DNA of 34,287 nucleotides, from assembly GCA_040882355.1 (NCBI GenBank), contig JBBEBM010000027.1, forward strand, positions 1-34,287. The letters are read 5' to 3'. This DNA is from Dehalococcoidia bacterium (GTDB taxonomy: Bacteria; Chloroflexota; Dehalococcoidia; DSTF01; RBG-16-68-14). The position numbers were made by a program, and so were the translations under genes. This document shows positions 1-8,518 of this stretch, one piece after another; the stretch's first letter is position 1, and the number at the start of each line of letters is the position of its first letter. Below the pieces are notes generated by a model. That model did no database searches and was not told the origin of the DNA. It saw only the letters and a program-made list of their open reading frames with translations.

Positions 1-28
1 GGGGTCAGGGGTCGAGGGTCACGGGTCG
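1..28. repeat. Tandem heptamer repeat (NGGGTCR)x4, possibly cut by the window edge
   Basis: ggggtca-ggggtcg-agggtca-cgggtcg read directly; the same unit recurs at 1880-1963 and about 4561-4581. Confidence 0.75.
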
Positions 29-69
29 TGGCGTGCGTTCGAACGCTCAGTCGCATCGCCACCGCTCGG

Positions 70-78
70 TGCTATAAT
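70..78 (+). promoter_or_regulatory. Extended -10 promoter element (TGcTATAAT) for the RCC1-repeat gene
   Basis: TG at 70-71, TATAAT at 73-78; AGGAG RBS lies just before ATG 123. Confidence 0.55.
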
Positions 79-122
79 GGCGCCCATCTGGTGGCAGGAA
101 GCCCGTTCCGCCAGGAGCGCCG

Positions 123-1877
123 ATGAGACCTCGAACGGTCGTACTCTGCTGTGCCCTGATCGCCGCGGTGGCGTTGGTAGGCGCCATCGTTGTATCGACG
201 CGCTCCCAGCCAGCCCGGGCCGCGGGGCCTACCGCGGTTGACGCGGGCTTCGCCCATAGCTGCGCGATCACGTCGGCGGGCGCGGTGCGCTGCTGGGGAG
301 CCAACGCATCGGGTCAGGTGGGCGACGGCTCGGTGGACGACCGTCAGGCGCCGGAGGCCGTCTTCGGGCTCGCGAGCGGCATCACCGATGTCGCACTCGG
401 CTCTGGCCACACCTGCGCCTTAACAACGGCTGGCGGCGTGAAGTGTTGGGGCAACAACACCGTCGGACAAGTGGGCGACGACACAGGCGTAGAGCGTCAC
501 ATGCCCGCGGACGTTACGGGCCTGAGCGGCGGCGTCACAGCAATCACGGCCGGGTTGAACCACGCCTGCGCGCTGCTCGATACGGGTGGCGTCCGATGCT
601 GGGGTGACAACACCGCGGGCGAGCTGGGTACCGGTACGAACGGCAACATATCGCTCGATCCCATGCCGGTCTGCGCCAGCGGCTCGGGCGCCGGCTGCAA
701 CCAGCTCACAGGAGTCGTCGCCATCGGTGCCGGTGACTTCCACACGTGCGCCGTGCTGAGCACCGGCGGCCTGAAGTGCTGGGGCCTGAACGAGTACGGC
801 CAGATCGGCGACGGCACGGCGGGTGACAGCAACCCGGAGACGCTCGATCAGTTCAGCGTGAATCCCACGTCCGTCGTCCTGTTCGGCGGCACGGCGACGA
901 GCGTAAGTGGCGGTGACGGCCATACCTGCGCGCTCAACACGGGCGGTCTGGTGCAGTGCTGGGGACTGAACAACTTCGGGCAGTTGGGCGATGGCACACT
1001 TTCCAACCACTCGCTGCCGATCACGGTTGACCTCAAAGACCTGGCGGCGCTAGACGCTGGCGAGGTTCACTCGTGCGCCCTGACGAATACCGGCGCCGCC
1101 AAGTGCTGGGGCGGGAACGGCGACGGCCGGCTCGGTGACGGCACGACAACGGACCGGCCGCTGCCCGTTGGTGTCAGCGGCTTGGGCAGCGGGGCAACGG
1201 ACATTGCCGCGGGGGGCGCCCACACCTGCGCGCTGGCAGCGGCGAGCGTGGCCTGTTGGGGCGCGAACGCCTCGGGCCAGCTAGGCAGCGGGACTACGAA
1301 AGGCAGCACAACCCCGGTTATGACGCTTGGGGGCTGGCCCAAGGATCCGACGCCGACGGCTACCAGCTCGCCCACGGAGACGCCATCGCCGACGCAGACC
1401 CACACGCCCACGCCGACGTCCACGCGGACGCCCACGAGTACGCCCGGCAGCTCAACACCCACACGTTCTCCGACGCCGGTGGACACGCCGACGCCCACCG
1501 ATACGGTCGAACCCGGCGTGGACAGCGACGGTGACGGCTGCGACGACGCCCGCGAGCTCGGCCCGAACCCGTCGTTTGGCGGCGGCCGTGACCCCGGCAA
1601 CGTCTGGGACTTCTTCGACACGCCGGATGACGCCAACGTTCGCGACAGAGCGATCACCGTCGGCGACCTGGGCCGCGTAGTGGCGCGGTTTGGCAGTAGC
1701 GGAAGCAAGGCGCTCGATCCGCTTTCGACGCCGCCGCCCGCGCCCGCCTACCACACGGCGTTCGACCGCACCTCGCCGGGCGAAGCGCCCAACGGCCACC
1801 CTCAGGGCCCGAACGGCTCGGTCACCGCGCAGGACATCGCGCTCGTGGTCGCGCAGTTCGGGCATAGCTGCGCGTGA
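123..1877 (+). CDS. Secreted/surface RCC1-repeat (BLIP-II-like beta-propeller) protein with Thr/Pro linker and C-terminal dockerin-like Cys-terminated domain
   Basis: Hydrophobic signal peptide; about 7 repeats of 'GxxHTCAxxxxGxVxCWGxNxxGQLGDG'; PTPT-rich linker; C-terminal DSDGDGCDD...DRAITVGDLGRVVARFG...NGSVTAQDIALVVAQFGHSCA. Confidence 0.85.
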   Translation: MRPRTVVLCCALIAAVALVGAIVVSTRSQPARAAGPTAVDAGFAHSCAITSAGAVRCWGANASGQVGDGSVDDRQAPEAVFGLASGITDVALGSGHTCALTTAGGVKCWGNNTVGQVGDDTGVERHMPADVTGLSGGVTAITAGLNHACALLDTGGVRCWGDNTAGELGTGTNGNISLDPMPVCASGSGAGCNQLTGVVAIGAGDFHTCAVLSTGGLKCWGLNEYGQIGDGTAGDSNPETLDQFSVNPTSVVLFGGTATSVSGGDGHTCALNTGGLVQCWGLNNFGQLGDGTLSNHSLPITVDLKDLAALDAGEVHSCALTNTGAAKCWGGNGDGRLGDGTTTDRPLPVGVSGLGSGATDIAAGGAHTCALAAASVACWGANASGQLGSGTTKGSTTPVMTLGGWPKDPTPTATSSPTETPSPTQTHTPTPTSTRTPTSTPGSSTPTRSPTPVDTPTPTDTVEPGVDSDGDGCDDARELGPNPSFGGGRDPGNVWDFFDTPDDANVRDRAITVGDLGRVVARFGSSGSKALDPLSTPPPAPAYHTAFDRTSPGEAPNGHPQGPNGSVTAQDIALVVAQFGHSCA

Positions 1878-1879
1878 CC

Positions 1880-1963
1880 AGGGTCAAAGGGCACGGGTCG
1901 AGGGTCATTGCTTGAGGACACGCGTCCGCGATTATTGATCCGTGAGCCTTCACCCTTGACCCT
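1880..1963. repeat. Inverted pair of heptamer arrays between convergent genes (possible bidirectional terminator or stabilising hairpin)
   Basis: agggtca-aagggca-cgggtcg-agggtca (1880-1907) faces tgatccg-tgagcct-tcaccct-tgaccct (1936-1963), the reverse-complement units. Confidence 0.7.
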
Positions 1964-3251
1964 GAGGTGGCGGTTCGGGCGGGGACAGCACCAGGCACTC
2001 GACCTCTTCGCCCGGCTCGATCGCCGGCACGTCCTCCGGCACGACGGCGAGCGCGTTCGCCAGCGCCATCGAGGTGAGGATGCCCGACCCCTGCGGGCCT
2101 GTGAGCGACGCGTAGTACTGACCATCGCGCTGGGTGAGGATCGCGCGGGCGTAGACGCGACGCGCGTCCGGGTTCTCGATGCGTTCCTCGGCGATTGCGC
2201 GGACGCGCGGGCGCTCCCACTCGCTCTTGCCCAACATCTTGGCGAGCGCCGCCCGGCCGAACAGCTCGAAGGTGATCATGGAGCTCACCGGGTTGCCCGG
2301 CAGGCCGATGTGCGGGACGCGCCGGTCGCCTGACGGGAACGCTCCGAAGGCGAGCGGCTTGCCCGGCCGCATGCGCACCGTCCAGAAGTCGATCTCGCCC
2401 TCCTTCGCTAGCACGTCCTTGACCACGTCGTAATCACCGCGCGAGACGCCCGCGGACGTGATCAGGAGGTCCGCGTCGAGGCCCTGGCGCAGCTTGGCCG
2501 TGAGCGCCTCGACCGTGTCGGAGGCGATGCCGAGGCGCTTCGGGGCGCCGCCCGCCTCGCGCACCATCGCCGCGACGCTGTAGGCGTTGCTGTCGTAGAT
2601 CTTGCCCGGCGCAATCGGCTCGCCCACGTCGAGCAGCTCGTCACCCGTCGAGAGGACCGCGACGACCGGCCGGCGGTAGACGCACACAGTCGCGCGACCG
2701 AGCGATGCGAGCACCCCGACCTGCGCCGGGCCGAGCGTCGCCCCCTCGCGCAGCACAACGGCGCCCTTCGACACGTCCTCGCCGGCGTGGCGGACGTTTG
2801 CGCCGGGAAGCGCCGCCTTGAGCACCGCCACTTCGGTCGGTGCCTTGTCGAACGCGCCGTGGCGATGCGCCGCGCCGGACGACGTCTCGTCCGTCTCCTC
2901 GAACGGCACGACGGCGTCCGCGCCGCGCGGGATGGGCGCGCCGGTCATGATCCGCACAGCCGTGCCAGGCGTCACATGCCCGTCGAAGACGTAGCCCGCC
3001 GCCAGCTCGCCGGTCACGCGCAGGCGTATGGCGCTCGACTCGTTCGCGCCGGCGGTGTCGGCGGCGCGAACGGCGTAGCCGTCCATCGCGGTGTTGGCGA
3101 GCGGCGGGATGTCGAACTCTGCCCGCACGTCCTCGGCGAGCACCTGCCCGAGCGAGTCGAGGATCGCCTGCTCGACCGGCTCCAGCCGGTACACGTAGGA
3201 GAGGATGCGCTCTAGCGCCTCCTCGACGCTGATCATCTGTGGGCTGTCCAC
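1950..3251 (-). CDS. moeA: Molybdopterin molybdotransferase MoeA (gephyrin-like)
   Basis: Motifs AMDGYAVR, RIMTGAPIP, LSTGDEL, IYDSN, GVSRGDYD, MRPGKP, LPGNPVS; TATAAT on the minus strand at 3266-3271. Confidence 0.95.
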   Translation of the reverse strand: MDSPQMISVEEALERILSYVYRLEPVEQAILDSLGQVLAEDVRAEFDIPPLANTAMDGYAVRAADTAGANESSAIRLRVTGELAAGYVFDGHVTPGTAVRIMTGAPIPRGADAVVPFEETDETSSGAAHRHGAFDKAPTEVAVLKAALPGANVRHAGEDVSKGAVVLREGATLGPAQVGVLASLGRATVCVYRRPVVAVLSTGDELLDVGEPIAPGKIYDSNAYSVAAMVREAGGAPKRLGIASDTVEALTAKLRQGLDADLLITSAGVSRGDYDVVKDVLAKEGEIDFWTVRMRPGKPLAFGAFPSGDRRVPHIGLPGNPVSSMITFELFGRAALAKMLGKSEWERPRVRAIAEERIENPDARRVYARAILTQRDGQYYASLTGPQGSGILTSMALANALAVVPEDVPAIEPGEEVECLVLSPPEPPPQGQG

Positions 3252-3327
3252 GCTGTCCCGCCGTCATTATAGCCCCGGCATAGCCGCGGCGCTCCCGACG
3301 GGTCGCTGCAGGTCGTGCTTTGGCCGC

Positions 3328-4089
3328 CTACGACGGCGAGTACCTTGCCAGGAAGTCAAGGACCGCATCTCGGAATGCGGATGAAGCTGGTGCAGTGATG
3401 TGATCTCCGGGCACCTTCGCCAGCGTGGCCTGTGGGAGCTGTCCGGCCAGCGTCTCGGGATTCCGCGCCACGCCGTCTCGTTCGCCGCGCAGCACCAGGA
3501 CCGGGACGTTGACGCGCTCGAGTGCCGTTGCGTCTACGGGCGGGCCCTGCGATCGTTGAAACGCGGCAAGGGCTTGGAGGTCGCATCCGTTCTTCTCCGC
3601 GAACGTTCGGAACGCGCGCGCGAAGGCGGGAGTGGCGCTGGTAGCGCCCCCTTCGAGGGCGCTCACGATCGCCCGTCTTCGTTCGGCGTCAGGCTCGCGG
3701 TGATCGAGCGGCCATCCGGCACCGCCCAAGATGGCGCAACGAAAGCGGTTCGAGCGCTCGACAAGCAGCCTTGCGGCGATGGCGGAACCCATGGAGTAGC
3801 CGATCAGATCGACCGCCTGCGAGCCGGTGTGGTCAATGACCGCTCCCACGTCTTTCGCTATACGGGACCCACGGTAGGACTTGGGGTCCTTCGGCTTGCC
3901 ACTTTCGCCGTGACCACGGCAGTCGAGTGCCACGACTCTGCGGTGATCTCTGATCAGTGCGCTCAGTAGTCCGGTGGCCCGCCAGTCGTATTCGACGTCT
4001 CCCGCGAAGCCATGGATGAGCACCGCGGTGGGGCCCGCGCCTTCCACTATGTAGTCGATCGAGACGCCGTCGGACGCCAGAACTCGCAA
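3328..4089 (-). CDS. Alpha/beta fold hydrolase
   Basis: LIHG, LDCRGHGES, nucleophile elbow GYSMG, C-terminal Asp (GERD) and His (GDH); TTG start uncertain. Confidence 0.85.
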   Translation of the reverse strand: MRVLASDGVSIDYIVEGAGPTAVLIHGFAGDVEYDWRATGLLSALIRDHRRVVALDCRGHGESGKPKDPKSYRGSRIAKDVGAVIDHTGSQAVDLIGYSMGSAIAARLLVERSNRFRCAILGGAGWPLDHREPDAERRRAIVSALEGGATSATPAFARAFRTFAEKNGCDLQALAAFQRSQGPPVDATALERVNVPVLVLRGERDGVARNPETLAGQLPQATLAKVPGDHITAPASSAFRDAVLDFLARYSPS

Positions 4090-4122
4090 GTGAGTGGGCG
4101 ATCGATTCGTAAGGGGGCGACG

Positions 4123-4374
4123 TCAGCCGAGCTTCACCGCCAGGCAGGTCGTCGTGCGCTGGACGCCTTCGACGCGCTGGATGCCGTCGGTGATGCAGTT
4201 GCCCAGCCGGTCCAGGTCGTCCGCCTGGAGCTGGACGATGACGTCGTAGGGGCCGGTAACGGTATCGACGGAGACGACGCTGGCGTCGGAGTGCGAGAGC
4301 GCCTGGACGGCTTCACCGACGCTCTTCGCCTTCCCCACCTCCGCTTCGATCAGGACGTAGCCGCGCACCGACAT
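4123..4374 (-). CDS. Stand-alone Lrp/AsnC ligand-binding (RAM) domain protein
   Basis: MSVRGYVLIEAEVGK...VTGPYDVIV...IQRVEGVQRTTT with no HTH; GAGGAGG RBS upstream. Start is ATG 4374 (or 4380), not 4560. Confidence 0.85.
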   Translation of the reverse strand: MSVRGYVLIEAEVGKAKSVGEAVQALSHSDASVVSVDTVTGPYDVIVQLQADDLDRLGNCITDGIQRVEGVQRTTTCLAVKLG

Positions 4375-4431
4375 AGCCATACCCTCCTCACTGCTGAGCG
4401 ACTCGTTTCTGAGGCCATCGTATCGCTGTGG

Positions 4432-4568
4432 AAGGGTGATGCTCAAGGCCCCCATTTCGACCGCCGACTGCAGGCGGCGGCAGAGTGTCTGGTATTCGAC
4501 CGCCGACTGGAAGTCGGCGGCCTGGGCGAGTGCCCGGCCATTCCGGGCGCCCTTGAACATCCACCCTT
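4432..4568. mobile_element. Putative MITE/REP-composite non-autonomous element or structured RNA
   Basis: Imperfect terminal inverted repeats (aagggtg-atgctcaaggcc vs reverse complement aagggtggatgttcaagggc); direct repeat ttcgaccgccgactg at 4456-4470 and 4495-4509; perfect hairpin ccgccgact-gga-agtcggcgg (4500-4520); hairpin gcccgg-ccatt-ccgggc (4532-4548). Confidence 0.45.
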
Positions 4569-4590
4569 GACGCTTGACCCTCAGTCAGGT

Positions 4591-4620
4591 TTGACCACGT
4601 ATCCAGCGTCCGACCATAAT
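4591..4620 (+). promoter_or_regulatory. Sigma70-type promoter for pheST (near-leaderless)
   Basis: TTGACC (4591-4596)-18 nt-CATAAT (4615-4620); ATG 9 nt downstream with no SD. Confidence 0.55.
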
Positions 4621-4629
4621 GCCTGTACT

Positions 4630-5676
4630 ATGGCCACCGAAGCCATCGATCTGGGCGCGCTCGCGTCGGATGCGCGCGAGGAGCTCGCTGCCATCGCGGA
4701 CGAAGCGGCGCTGGAGGCGTGGCGCGTCGCCTACCTGGGGCGAAAGGGACGGCTCACGCTCGTGCTGCGCGGCCTGAGCGAGCTGCCCGTTGAAGAGAGG
4801 CGGCGGCTCGGCGGGGAGGCGAACCAGCTCAAGGAGGGCCTGGAGGCCGCCCTGGAGGAGCGGCGAGCCGAGCTGTCGGAGCAGCGTCTGGCGGCGACGG
4901 TCGAGACGGGCCGCCTGGACGTGACGCTGCCCGGCCGCCCGAAGCGCATCGGCAGGCTCCACCCGGTCACCCAGACGATGCGCGAGATACTCGGCATCTT
5001 CGTCTCGATGGGGTTCTCCGTCGCCGAAGGGCCGGAGGTGGAGACCGACTACTACAACTTCGAGGCGCTCCTCTTGTCGAAGGACCACTCGGCGCGTGAC
5101 ATGCAGGACACGCTGTACGTCGATATCCAGAAGGACGGCGAGTACCCGATGTTGATGCGCACCCACACATCGCCGAACCAGGTGCGCTTCATGGAGCAGC
5201 ACCAGCCGCCGATCCGCGTCGCCGTGCCCGGCAAGTGTTATCGCAACGAAGCGACCGACCCGACGCACGAATGGATGCTCACCCAGGTCGAGCTGCTCGC
5301 CGTCGACGACGGGATCAGCATGGCCGACCTGAAGGGCACGCTCTTCGAGTTCGCAAAGCGGATGTTCGGGCAGGAGCGCCGCACGCGCTTCCGCTGCGAT
5401 TACTTCCCGTACGTCGAGCCCGGCGTCGATATGGCAATCGACTGCTTCATCTGCGGCGGCAGCGGATGCCGCACCTGCCATCAGGAGGGCTGGATCGAGA
5501 TCATGGGCGCCGGCATGGTGCACCCGAAGATCCTCTCGGACATGGGCTACGACGCCGACCGCTACACGGGCTTCGCGGCGGGGATGGGCGTGGAGCGCAT
5601 CTGTCTGCTGCGCCACGGCATCGAAGACATCCGCAACTTCTACGCCAACGACCTGCGCTTCCTGGAGCAGTTCTGA
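4630..5676 (+). CDS. pheS: Phenylalanine--tRNA ligase alpha subunit
   Basis: YLGRKG, DVTLPG, GRLHP, GPEVE, HSARDMQDT, RTHTSP, YFPYVEP, WIEIMGAGMVHP, NDLRFLEQF; true start ATG 4630 inside ORF 4012..5676. Confidence 0.97.
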   Translation: MATEAIDLGALASDAREELAAIADEAALEAWRVAYLGRKGRLTLVLRGLSELPVEERRRLGGEANQLKEGLEAALEERRAELSEQRLAATVETGRLDVTLPGRPKRIGRLHPVTQTMREILGIFVSMGFSVAEGPEVETDYYNFEALLLSKDHSARDMQDTLYVDIQKDGEYPMLMRTHTSPNQVRFMEQHQPPIRVAVPGKCYRNEATDPTHEWMLTQVELLAVDDGISMADLKGTLFEFAKRMFGQERRTRFRCDYFPYVEPGVDMAIDCFICGGSGCRTCHQEGWIEIMGAGMVHPKILSDMGYDADRYTGFAAGMGVERICLLRHGIEDIRNFYANDLRFLEQF

Positions 5677-5679
5677 GCC

Positions 5680-8091
5680 GTGCGCGTCCCTCTCAAATGG
5701 CTCGCTGACTATGTGCCGGTGACGCTCCCACCGAAGGAGCTCGCCCACCGGCTCACCATGGCCGGGCTCGAGGTCGAGCACATCCACCAGATTGGCGGCG
5801 GGTGGGACGAAGCGCTGATCACCGTGGGCGAGGTGCTCGCCGTCGAACCGCATCCGAACGCCGACCGCCTGCGCCTCGCGACCGTGCGCTATGGCGACGC
5901 CGAACCGCTCACGGTGGTTTGCGGCGCGCCGAACGTCGCGCCCGGGCAGAAGATCGCCTTCGCCCGCGCGGGCGCGGAGCTGATCGACGGCCACAGCGGA
6001 GAGCCCGCGGTGCTCAAGCCCGCCAAGATCCGCGGCGTCGAGTCGACGGGCATGGTCTGCTCCGAGCGCGAGCTGGGCCTCTCGGAGGAGCACGAGGGCA
6101 TCCTGGTGCTGCCGGACAGCGCACCGGTCGGCGAACCGCTCGCGCGCTACCTGGGTGACGCTGTCCTGGACATTGATGTCACGCCGAACCGGCCCGATTG
6201 CCTTTCGGTGCTCGGCATCGCGCGCGAGGTCGCGGCGCTCACCGGTCATAGCGTCCACGAGCTGGAGCACACCTACGAAGAGTCTGACGAGCCAGCATTG
6301 TCGAAGGCTGCGGTGGAGATCGCTGACGCTGATCTCTGTTTCCGCTACGTCGCGGCGGTGATCGAGGGCGTGAAGCTCGGCCCGTCGCCGCAGTGGATGC
6401 AGGAGCGGCTGCTGGCGGCGGGGATGCGCCCGATCAACAACATAGTCGACATAACGAACTACGTGATGCTGGAGATCGGCCAGCCGCTCCACGCCTTCGA
6501 CTTCGACAAGCTGCGCGGCCACACGGTCATCGTCCGGCGCGCGCGGGCGGGGGAGAAGATGACGACGCTCGACGGCGTCGAACGGGCGCTGACGGCGGAC
6601 ACGCTGATGATCTGCGATGCGGAGGCGCCGGTAGCCGTGGCGGGCGTCATGGGTGGTCTGGAGTCCGAGGTGACGGACGCGACGACGAACATCCTGCTCG
6701 AGTCGGCGACGTTCCTCGCGCCGAACGTCCGGCGCACCTCGCAGCGGCTGAAGGCCCGCAGCGAGGCGTCGTCGCGGTTCGAGAAGGGACTGAGTCCCGA
6801 GCTGGCGCTGGTCGGCGCGATGCGCGCCGCCAAGCTGCTCGTCGAGGTCGCTGGCGGAACGGCGCTGCACGGTCTGATCGACGTTTATCCGAACCCAGCG
6901 CCGGAGCTGCATATCGAACTGACGCGCAAGCGCCTGGAGCAGGTGCTTGGCATCGACCTGCCGACCTCGCAGGTGCGCAGCGCGCTCACGTCGCTCGGCT
7001 TTGGGTGTCGCTGGCAACCCCCCGACCGCTACAACGTGCGCGTGCCCTACTGGCGCACCGACGCGCGCATGCAGGACGACCTGACGGAAGAGGTCGGGCG
7101 GATCATCGGCTACGACCAGATCCCGACGAAGGGGCTGAGCGGGGAGGTGCCGTCCGCGGTGCCCCAGCCGCGCCGCGAGCTGCGGGAACGGCTGCGCGAC
7201 GCCTTCGCCGCGGCAGGCATGCAAGAGGTGATCACGTACTCGCTGACGACGCTCGATCTGCTGAAGCACGTCATGCCGCCCGAGGATCTTGCCACGTATC
7301 CGCCGCTCAAGGTAGTGAACCCGCTCAACGCCGACCGCGAGTACCTGCGTCCTACGCTGAAGGCGAGCGTCCTCAACGTGCTCGGCGCGAACATCCGCCT
7401 GCGTGAGGGGGAGGTCGCCCTCTTCGAAGTGGCGCGCGTCTATCTGCCCAACGGCAACGAACTGCCGCAGGAGCAGGAGCACGTCGTGGGCGTTGTCGCG
7501 GGCCGGCGCGAGGACAGGTGGGGGCACACGGGCGACGAGCCCGCCGACTTCTACGATGCGAAGGGTTACGTGGAAGCGGCCTTGCGCCAGATCGGCATCG
7601 AGGCAGCGTTTAACGACGCCACGGAGTTCGCGTTCGTTCCCGGGCGCACGGCCGAGGTCATCGTCGATGGCCGGCGAGCAGGGACGATCGGTCAGGTGCA
7701 CCCGTCTGTGGCGGCGGCGTTCGATATCGACCAGGAGGTCTATCTGTTCGAGCTGGTCGTCGACGAGCTGCTGGCGTCGGTGCCCACCATTCGCCCGTAC
7801 GAGCCCGCGTCGCGCTTCCCGCCGGCTGAGGAGGACCTGGCGCTCCTCGTCGATCCCGATCTGCAGGCCGACCGCGTGCGCGCGCTGATCGAGGAGCACA
7901 AGCTCGTGCGGCGCGCGCGCGTGTTCGACGTCTACGAAGGCGACCGCATCCCGGCAGGCAAGAAATCGCTCGCCTTCTCGGTCACCTATCAGGCGCCCGA
8001 CCGTACCCTCACTGACGAAGAGGTCGCGAAGGCCCGCCAATCGATCCTCGAACGACTCAAGCGCGAGGCCGGCGCCGAGCTGCGAACGTAG
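5680..8091 (+). CDS. pheT: Phenylalanine--tRNA ligase beta subunit
   Basis: HPNADRL, VCGAPN, IRGVESTGMVCS, TPNRPDCLS, GQPLHAFD, RFEKG, C-terminal FDVYEG/KKSLA/RTLTDEEV; directly follows pheS. Confidence 0.97.
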   Translation: MRVPLKWLADYVPVTLPPKELAHRLTMAGLEVEHIHQIGGGWDEALITVGEVLAVEPHPNADRLRLATVRYGDAEPLTVVCGAPNVAPGQKIAFARAGAELIDGHSGEPAVLKPAKIRGVESTGMVCSERELGLSEEHEGILVLPDSAPVGEPLARYLGDAVLDIDVTPNRPDCLSVLGIAREVAALTGHSVHELEHTYEESDEPALSKAAVEIADADLCFRYVAAVIEGVKLGPSPQWMQERLLAAGMRPINNIVDITNYVMLEIGQPLHAFDFDKLRGHTVIVRRARAGEKMTTLDGVERALTADTLMICDAEAPVAVAGVMGGLESEVTDATTNILLESATFLAPNVRRTSQRLKARSEASSRFEKGLSPELALVGAMRAAKLLVEVAGGTALHGLIDVYPNPAPELHIELTRKRLEQVLGIDLPTSQVRSALTSLGFGCRWQPPDRYNVRVPYWRTDARMQDDLTEEVGRIIGYDQIPTKGLSGEVPSAVPQPRRELRERLRDAFAAAGMQEVITYSLTTLDLLKHVMPPEDLATYPPLKVVNPLNADREYLRPTLKASVLNVLGANIRLREGEVALFEVARVYLPNGNELPQEQEHVVGVVAGRREDRWGHTGDEPADFYDAKGYVEAALRQIGIEAAFNDATEFAFVPGRTAEVIVDGRRAGTIGQVHPSVAAAFDIDQEVYLFELVVDELLASVPTIRPYEPASRFPPAEEDLALLVDPDLQADRVRALIEEHKLVRRARVFDVYEGDRIPAGKKSLAFSVTYQAPDRTLTDEEVAKARQSILERLKREAGAELRT

Positions 8092-8096
8092 CAGGA

Positions 8097-8121
8097 GGGC
8101 GGGTCTGAGACCCGCCCCTAC
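8097..8121 (-). repeat. GTAG-type REP palindrome between convergent pheT and rplT
   Basis: Minus strand reads GTAG-GGGCGGGTCT-C-AGACCCGCCC: a GTAG tetranucleotide followed by a perfect 10-bp inverted repeat. Confidence 0.7.
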
Positions 8122-8146
8122 GGCGTCTGTACTGCGTCGGAGGGTC

Positions 8147-8509
8147 TTACGCGGTACCGAGCGCGCCCTTCGCCTGGGCGGCGATCGCGGCGAAGGTGGG
8201 CTCGTCGCGTACCGCGATGTCGGCGAGCACCTTGCGGTCGATGCCGATGCCGGCCTTCGTGAGCCCGTCGATGAGGCGGCTGTAGCTGAGGCCCTGGAGG
8301 CGGGCCGCGGCGTTGATGCGCTGGATCCAGAGGCGGCGGAACTGACCCTTGCGATCGCGCCGGTCGCGGTAGGCGTAGTCCAGCGCGTGCAAGACCGATT
8401 CGTTGGCGCGGCGGAAGTTCTTGTGGCGCTGCCCGCGATGGCCCTTGGCCAGGTCCAGGATCTTCTTGTGGCGGCGGCGGGCGGTGACGCCTCGCTTGAC
8501 TCGACTCAT
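8147..8509 (-). CDS. rplT: 50S ribosomal protein L20
   Basis: MSRVKRG...RRRHKK...[26 protein letters not shown]...IDRKVLAD. Confidence 0.98.
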   Translation of the reverse strand: MSRVKRGVTARRRHKKILDLAKGHRGQRHKNFRRANESVLHALDYAYRDRRDRKGQFRRLWIQRINAAARLQGLSYSRLIDGLTKAGIGIDRKVLADIAVRDEPTFAAIAAQAKGALGTA

Positions 8510-8518
8510 CTGGCTCTC

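Noticed and set aside
1339..1515. Repetitive ccgacg/cccacg DNA
   Set aside because: It simply encodes the Thr/Pro linker of the RCC1 protein.
4456..4520. Mini CRISPR array from the two ttcgaccgccgactg repeats
   Set aside because: Only two units with a 39-nt period and no cas genes; better explained as REP-like hairpins.
4012..4629. Apparent 206-aa N-terminal extension of PheS
   Set aside because: It is antisense to the hydrolase and Lrp genes and crosses the repeat element. PheS homology and the promoter point to ATG 4630.
4390..4629. T-box riboswitch upstream of pheS
   Set aside because: No T-box consensus (TGGNACCGCG-like) or terminator, and the predicted promoter lies right next to the start codon.
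5443..5478. CxxC…CxxC motif in PheS
   Set aside because: This Cys-rich insert is common in many bacterial PheS proteins and is not novel.
4585..8040. 1151-aa antisense ORF and many other long overlapping ORFs (e.g. 19440..21023, 16854..18308, 31033..32343, 33488..34264)
   Set aside because: They are shadows of real high-GC genes on the opposite strand or frame, with Arg/Ala-rich composition and no motifs.
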